Part shown: piece after piece, positions 56,949-64,000 of the stretch
How the letters are laid out: every line of letters begins with the position of its first letter
How positions within the stretch are numbered: the first letter of the stretch is position 1
Origin: the human T2T-CHM13v2.0 reference genome, Homo sapiens
DNA: 64,000 nt
Assembly (NCBI RefSeq): GCF_009914755.1
Contig: NC_060942.1
Direction: 5' to 3' (one strand)
The notes under the pieces: generated by a model
Told to the model about the DNA's origin: nothing
Databases searched by the model: none
What the model saw: only the letters and a program-made list of their open reading frames with translations
Program-made: the position numbers and the translations under genes

Positions 56949-57299
56949 ATCCCTGAAGAACAGAGCCCTAGACCTAAAGACAATATATGCGTATAAAACA
57001 ACAAGTTCCACTAAAGAATTTGGACTATTTCCTTCATAAAATCAGCTTAATATGATCTGACTTGTATTCACTTTGAAATTTGACATCTATTTTGTCTTAT
57101 TGCTACATTCAAAACTTCAGATTAAATATACCATTATAAGCACATATGTCTAGCCACTAATAAACTTACCATCATGTCTAGAAAACAGTAAGTCTATATA
57201 AAATAACTAGGAAGCAAGCATATAAATTATGATCAGTAATATAGTTAAGTAATGCACAAAAATGTTGCAAGAACAACATACATATGAAAATATATGGGT

Positions 57300-57425
57300 C
57301 TCAGCTAGGGATAGTGGATAATGGTTGTACAACCTGTGACTATAATAAAAGTCATTGAATTGTATGCTTTAAAAGTGTGAATTTTATAATATGTGAATTT
57401 TATCTCAATAAAGCTGTTTTAAAAA
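57300..57425 (+). mobile_element. L1M 3' terminal fragment
   Basis: cattgaattgtatgctttaaaagtgtgaattttat...tatctcaataaagctgtt. Confidence 0.7.
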
Positions 57426-60400
57426 TGGTGAAAGAATTGTCAGCCTGAGATGAGGTTAATTGAAGCCCATCCTTTGGAGTAAATCTACTTTAAGATGTTT
57501 TCAAGAAATTGAAAAGTGTAAATTAAAAATTGTGAATTATGTTTTAAAATATTTATATCCTAAGATTGTATGTGTGTATGTGATTGCTGTTCATGTTGAA
57601 ATTACGTTCATATTTAAAATGCTGACTAATTGAGAAACTTAACTATTATTTGATTTTATGCAAATACTGATGTACATCTATATCAATTAGTAAGTGCACA
57701 ATTTTATTCTTAACTTATGTATATCACAGGCTGAAGGGAGAATTTCTGAATCTTCAAATTATCAAATAAAAGTAATCTAATTCTTCACAGGATGTAGACT
57801 GGAACTTCATTTTGCTTCCATCAAAAAAAAAACATATTGCTACCTAGTGGGGGAGAGGTAAAGAAAGTGTAGGGAGGGCACTATTAGTAGGTTGTAATCT
57901 TATTTAACATCTCTATTAATCATCTAGTAGAGAAAGACATGCAAGCTAATGAAAATTAAATCACAATAAATTGTCAAGTGTTTTAACACCAATTAGCACA
58001 GAAATGATAAAAAGAGAACTTCAGTGATTAAAGGGCAACTACAAAATGAGATTCAACTTGGAAAACATAATACGGGTGGCAAGTAGTCCTTGGGATGAAA
58101 AAAAAAATGTGTAACTGTTTTTAAGGTCATCATTCTAAAGATAAGTGAAGGATATGTAATGAAACTCACCAAGTTTCTACTTTTTTCAATGTCGATTTGC
58201 ATATATATTTTCCTATTTTAACTCAATTTCATTTTAAATTACTAAATATACATCTTTTCTCACTAGCTTAGCTGATGGTATTCATAGGCAAATGATTACT
58301 ATTAGCAGCTTTTTACCTTTGAATTAATATTTCTCCTGTCATAGAATAAAAATTTGGGAATGGCGGGGAAGGGGAAATGAAGAGGTTAAGGGAAAAAAAT
58401 AAAAAGAAATTTAAAAGGATAGCCAGTATGGACATTTCATTAACCATCATGTAGAAATTAAAATAAAAAATTATAAATATTTGATGGAATCTTTAGAGTC
58501 AGTTTGTCCTAGGGATGGATTAAGGTAAGTTTCTAAACTAGAGTTACCATCTCAGAAAACCAGCTTTCATTAGTTCATTTAACAATTTCTAATGGCTTTT
58601 TAAACTATTCAGAGTTGATCTAGATTTTATACTTCTTAATAATAGCTCCAGCTACTAAAAATGGTGATAATTATTCTTTAACATAGGGAAAGAGAGAATA
58701 ATACATGTAAGTCCAAACAAAGAAAATTTGAGCAAACAGAATCTCACAAATTATGCCTATAATGCAGAAAGAAAGAATATCTGTCTTTTCATGCAGTTAC
58801 TGTAATGTGATCGTAATCATTAACTTTAGGAATGACTCCAAATCTTAAACTTTACAGAAGTTTATCACATATTTTGTCATAATTATATAAAGAAAAAGAG
58901 CTAATTTTAAAACAGAAGTTGAATTTTCATGTCAAAATTTTATATCCACGATTAACAATTTCATTTCCGGCATGTTTCAAATATACAAGCTTCTATATTT
59001 CCTATATGTTTCAAATATGACAAGCTTCAAAAATACCTTTTAAAACATACAATGATAAAAATCAAAACATATAGGAAACGTACCATGTAGATAGTTTATA
59101 TTTGATAGGTATGGAAAGGTAAGCACCTTTGTAAAAGTCACAAAGTCATTATTTCTGCTTCAGAATATAGATACATTTTAGAAACCTTAAAATAATAACA
59201 TGCTTTTAAAGAAAAAGATTCCCACAATAAAGAATAAATTTCCTTACAGCAATGAATGACAACAGTGCACATATTTTACTAATCTGCACAAAACGTCACT
59301 TACTTTAAAAAATGAGAATTATTTCATGAGAACTGAAGCTGTTCCAGCAAAATACTCAAATGGTTGAAAAAAGGCAAACTTATTTTGAACTATCTTATAA
59401 AAATCAATTAAATTGCTGGCTTTGATAATTTTCTTTGGAAACATTTTAAATGTAGTGATTGTTCATTACAAAGATGAATATCAGCTGCATTTGGGAATCA
59501 ATCCATACTGGGCCTTATTTACATCTACTTCTGTATCTCTTGCACATCTTTACTGTGGATGGACCTCACTTTGATGTTGATGCCAGCATGAGAGCAAAGG
59601 AAAAATAAAATCAGGATAAACAGAAGTGAATTTTTCCAAGAAAACAGCAGATGGGTCATCTGTATTTATAGACATTTTACCCAAAATGTGCCTAGCTATA
59701 CAATTAATTTTATAAATTGAAATTATTTTTGAATAATAATTTAACTTTGGATAATTTCTGTTGTGCGCTTCCGGAAGTTTAAAACTTAATCTTCACTTTT
59801 TCCCTAACAATGGACCTTAGGCAGAACTATATCTTGACACTAAATTCTCATTTTGTCCCATTATTCTATTTTGACATAGATGCATTCTACTTTATCCATA
59901 ATAAAATAAAAATATGATCTAGTTTAACCTTTTACTATTTTTTGAAACACAGACATATTTCAACCATTAATAAAGTATGCCTCCTTTTTGGTGCCATGTG
60001 CGGTGAGACAATTATATATTAGTGGCCACGCATAGAACAGTCTTTTCTACAAAGCACACTGTGGTATGAATCCAGGGATTTCTCACCTTTATATCTAAAA
60101 TCAGGGATCTATTTCAAGCTCCAAAAAATATAGAGGATAGCGCTCTCACAATGAAGGTGGAGTACTATTACCATGGAGAATATAAATATTTTAGCCTAAA
60201 GACTATTGACATCTTTCTGGAAGAGACTGAAAGCTCTCTTATGGGTCCTGAAAATTTTAGAAAGACTTGTCATTAGAAAAAAACTCTCTACAGTAGGCCA
60301 AAACTGTACTTTTGTCAATTTGTGCCCATTCTAATTCAAACAACACTGGAACTCTCAAACAACCGCTGGTAGAGGGGTTACAATTGACAACATTCTTCTC

Positions 60401-60634
60401 CATGTCTATAAACAGATCATCTTAGTGTACCTATGAGAAGGGCATATGAGTGGTTACAAGCATCCTAATTCTTTCTGAAGGTTATGTTAGGGGACCATTT
60501 TCAGGCAATTTCAAAGATTAAGTAACCTAAGTAAAAATTAAGTTGCAAATACATTATGAGGAAAATTATTTTAATATTAGTACATAAATATGTCATAACA
60601 GAGTAAATATTTCAAGTTCAAAAGTAATTCTTTT

Positions 60635-60845
60635 ATAACAATAACAGTAATGATTTTTTTATTTATATATGCAAGGCACTGTCCTTAATGCTTTGATTCA
60701 GTACTATAAGTAATCCTTACTCCTACTCTATGAGGTACTACTACTAATCTTTACTACAGCTCTATGAGGTATTACTACTAATCCTTACTACTACTCTATG
60801 AGGTATTCATTGTTATTTTCAATAAATAAGATGAGAAAAGTGAGT
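60635..60845 (-). mobile_element. MIR with an internal 34-bp triplication
   Basis: atgcaaggcactgtcct...taatcct...ctatgaggta...agatgagaaaa. Confidence 0.7.
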
Positions 60846-61850
60846 TTACTAATCATATTAGACTAAATTATGCTACAGTATTACATAAGCAAAAAAATGA
60901 CCCAAATCTTAGAGGACTAAGACAATGAATCCTAATTTCATGCACACAGAAATTGTGCTGTGGGTTTTAAGTGTCTCTTTATGTGTCCACTCAGTGGTCC
61001 ATTCAGCCAAATTGGCACTGAGAAACAGTCTTGCATGAGTTTATGAACAAATAGAAGATTGGAATACTCATGAACATACTAAACCTAACTTAGAAGGTTA
61101 TAGTAGAGCCTGCTTCACTCTTTTCCAAACCAAATTCCTTCTCTTTCTGAGCACACAGCTTTATGAAATATCCCAGCTTCTTTTGTGCCCTTGTAACTGA
61201 GTTCCAACAACGAAATATGAGTAGCAGTGATCGATTTCATTCCCAGCCCAGTCTTATACAAAATTCCCATGCGTAGTCCCCAGGCGCTTTTCCCTGCTGC
61301 CTTCTTGATGAAGATAGGCACAGGGCCCCTGGAAGCTGTATGCTAAAGATAGACCAGACCCCAAATGGAAAGAGTCTGGATCACTGAATCACTTCTTAGA
61401 AAGAGGCTGCCACAATGAAGAACATCTACTACACAGGTTGGTGAGTGAGGGATGAATTGTTATCTTATTCCAGTCACTATAAAGATAGCTTGCTAATTTC
61501 ATGAATTCTAAAACATACATCTTTCTGTTTCAAAATATAACACTTTTGAAGTCAGGATTCATCATGAAATCAATGTTGTCTTAATAGTATTTGCTAGTAT
61601 TTCTTTCTTCATTATAAAATAATGTGCTATCACAGTCAATAGTGGTGTATTAGATTTGATGAAATATAGCAATCCACTGTGGGTCATCTACACTTACCTA
61701 ATCACTGAATACATTGGACTGCATTGTGTAAGATAGCTGCTTGGTTCACGGTATTATGCTTTCTTACCAAATTTCATTTCAAAGTGTTTTTTTTTCTTCC
61801 CATTCAAAAGTTCACCTGGAAAAACATGCATATTATGGTAGTCATCTTTT

Positions 61851-62063
<213 letters not shown>

Positions 62064-62286
62064 TAAAATGCTAATATTCCACACATTTTTTTTCTTTTTT
62101 TTTTCAGAAAGGAAGCTGCTGTTGGCTACACGGGTAATAAGGCTGGTATAAATTAAAATTATATCTTCCACAAATTACAGTTCAAGTACACATAAGAGGT
62201 AAAGCCCCCCAAAAGGTAAAGTACAACATAGGGATAAGGATCAACTGGCTATTTGTTAAAGTTGGCTAAGTCTACATTGAGTGGCG

Positions 62287-62480
62287 GCAGCATGGTTAGA
62301 ATGGTGAGAGTATGGACTTTGACTCCTATCTCTGAATGTACTAGCTTTGTGAACCTGAGGGTGATATTTAAGCCCACTGAGTGTAGTTTACTCATCTATA
62401 AAACTGCAATAATATTTATTTTATAAAATTCTTGAAAGGATGAATACAATATATAAATAATTGGCATCTTGTAAATGTTA
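62287..62480 (+). mobile_element. MIR
   Basis: gcagcatggt...tactagctttgtgaacctg...gtttactcatctataaaa. Confidence 0.65.
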
Positions 62481-62904
62481 GATCCTTCTCCCCATCCTCT
62501 TTGACTTAGAGAATTTTCAGTTGAACTTCTACATTTGTCTGATTTATGACAAATAAATGAAAGTGTAAAAAAATTAACTGCGATCTCACATTGCCTATTT
62601 TAATGAAAAAGTAAAAGCAAAACTAAACCATTTCCTGTGTGCCTCATTAACACAGTAAAATCTAATTTTCTCTCATTTCTTTCACTTCCTATGGGAAAGA
62701 CCAAGTGATTTCTGGAACTCATAGTCACATATTACAATCTCTTTATACCTCTACATATTTGTTCTTTGTAAGATAGAACCTAAATTTGAGTCCACTTTCA
62801 CACCGCATAGGTGACAGAAAGGTGATGGTATATTTTTAGGGGAAATGGCAGAAACACGTACTTGTGAAATTCCCCCAGTTGTTCAAATCTCAAAAAGGAA
62901 CTGG

Positions 62905-63238
62905 ACATATTCCCACATCCTAACTCCCAAATGTGATGGTATTAGGAGGTGGGACCTTTGGGTATAATTGGGTCATGAAGGCAGGGTCTTCATGAATGGG
63001 ATTAGTCCTTTTATAAAAGAAACTCTGTAGAGTTCCTTCATTCCTTCCACCGTGTGAGATCATACCCAGAAGATTACTGTCTGTGAACCAGAAAGTGGGC
63101 TCTCACCATACACCAAATCTGCTGCCAACTTGATCTTGGCTTTCGCAGCTTGCAGAGCTTGGGTAAGTGAATTTTTGTTGTTTATAAGCCATGCAGTCTA
63201 TGGTAGTCTGTTATAGCAACCAGAACTGACTAAGATAC
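62905..63238 (+). mobile_element. MLT1A-type MaLR LTR
   Basis: aatgtgatggtattaggaggtgggacctttggg...catgaatgggattagt...gactaagataca. Confidence 0.88.
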
Positions 63239-63687
63239 ACACAAAACTAGAAAAGCCACTTTTACAAATAGTTATAATGCTGTTTCCTTATAGCACTAGC
63301 AGTTTGCAACCATCTCAGATCCTATAATATATGGGTGCTGAGAAATTCTAAACAGTGAATATTCTTTTTCACAGTATTAGTGGAGGAACAAACAGTCACA
63401 GCAAAGTTTTCAACTGCACATCTGAATCTGGAGAAGATGTAGCTGTGTATTGTGTATAATTTAAGAGCAAAGCAATGATTGTAATGAGTTTCTTCTTTTA
63501 GAAGGAGTACTGATTTAGAGAACTGTATAAGCAACCTTTTGAATTCTGAATGATATCTGAGGCAAGAAATATTAGAAAAAGATGGAAATAAATTTATTAG
63601 ATAAAATCTTGGGAGCATAATCATTTGGTCATTGAAAGAAGTGAGATAAACAACAAAAAAATAAGGTTGGTCATCTCATGTTTAAGT

Positions 63688-64000
63688 AGAGATTTTATTA
63701 AAGCACAACATATGTGTACGCAGAGATAGTAACTGTTCAGCTCAAAGAATTTAAACAACTCAACGTACCCGTGTAATCAACAGACAGATTCGGAAATAGA
63801 ACATTATCATGTATCCTCTATTATTCCCCTCTGAGACACTGTGTCTCCCCCAAAACATCATCCTAACTTCTATCATCACTTAGTTTTGCTAATTTCCAAC
63901 TTTCTATAATGGAATTACATTGTGCACTCATTTGTTATAGGCTTGTTTTTTTTAAATATTGTATTATGAGATAAACCCATGCTGTTATGCAGTAGTTTCT
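63688..64000 (-). mobile_element. L1ME/MB 3' end
   Basis: atagaacattatc...catcctaacttcta...ttagttttgc...aatggaattacattgtgcactc. Confidence 0.7.

Noticed and set aside
58972-59028. 22-bp direct repeat (also a 14-bp repeat at 48163-48197)
   Set aside because: Ordinary micro-duplications with nothing suggesting function
59765-59778. Palindromic ETS-like cttccggaagt
   Set aside because: Single isolated motif with no CpG island or promoter context
60711-60807. CRISPR-like array (also considered 26551-26602 and 47334-47558)
   Set aside because: Head-to-tail tandem units with no unique spacers, no cas genes, eukaryotic context
63322-63624. 100-aa minus-strand ORF (also 33165-33413 and 5801-6145)
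   Set aside because: No recognisable protein similarity or supporting exon structure; expected by chance

Overview
AT-rich, CpG-poor primate (human-like) genomic DNA, intronic or intergenic in character. No protein-coding exon, RNA gene, CRISPR array or prokaryotic system could be recognised. Every supplied ORF I could assign is a transposon remnant (L1 ORF2, Tigger1 transposase, Alu) or a low-complexity artefact, and the rest look like chance short ORFs. Much of the window is interspersed repeat: Alu (J, S, Y and FLAM), L1PA/L1PB/L1M, L2, MIR, LTRs (LTR47, MER61, LTR16, MLT1, MST) and DNA transposons (MER30, MER5, MER44, Tigger1). Subfamily names come from recalled consensus sequences, not a database search. 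I found no new biological system. The most notable structures are: (1) a 100-bp perfect pure-AT palindrome inside a 1.5-kb AT island next to a 530-bp polypurine tract; (2) a candidate 12/30-nt frame-preserving microexon with an SRRM4-type UGC motif; (3) two twin-primed (5'-inverted) L1 insertions with readable target-site duplications (TSDs); (4) an L1 nested in MER30; (5) a Tigger1 deletion patched with a triplicated L1-like filler; (6) several unexplained local duplications.
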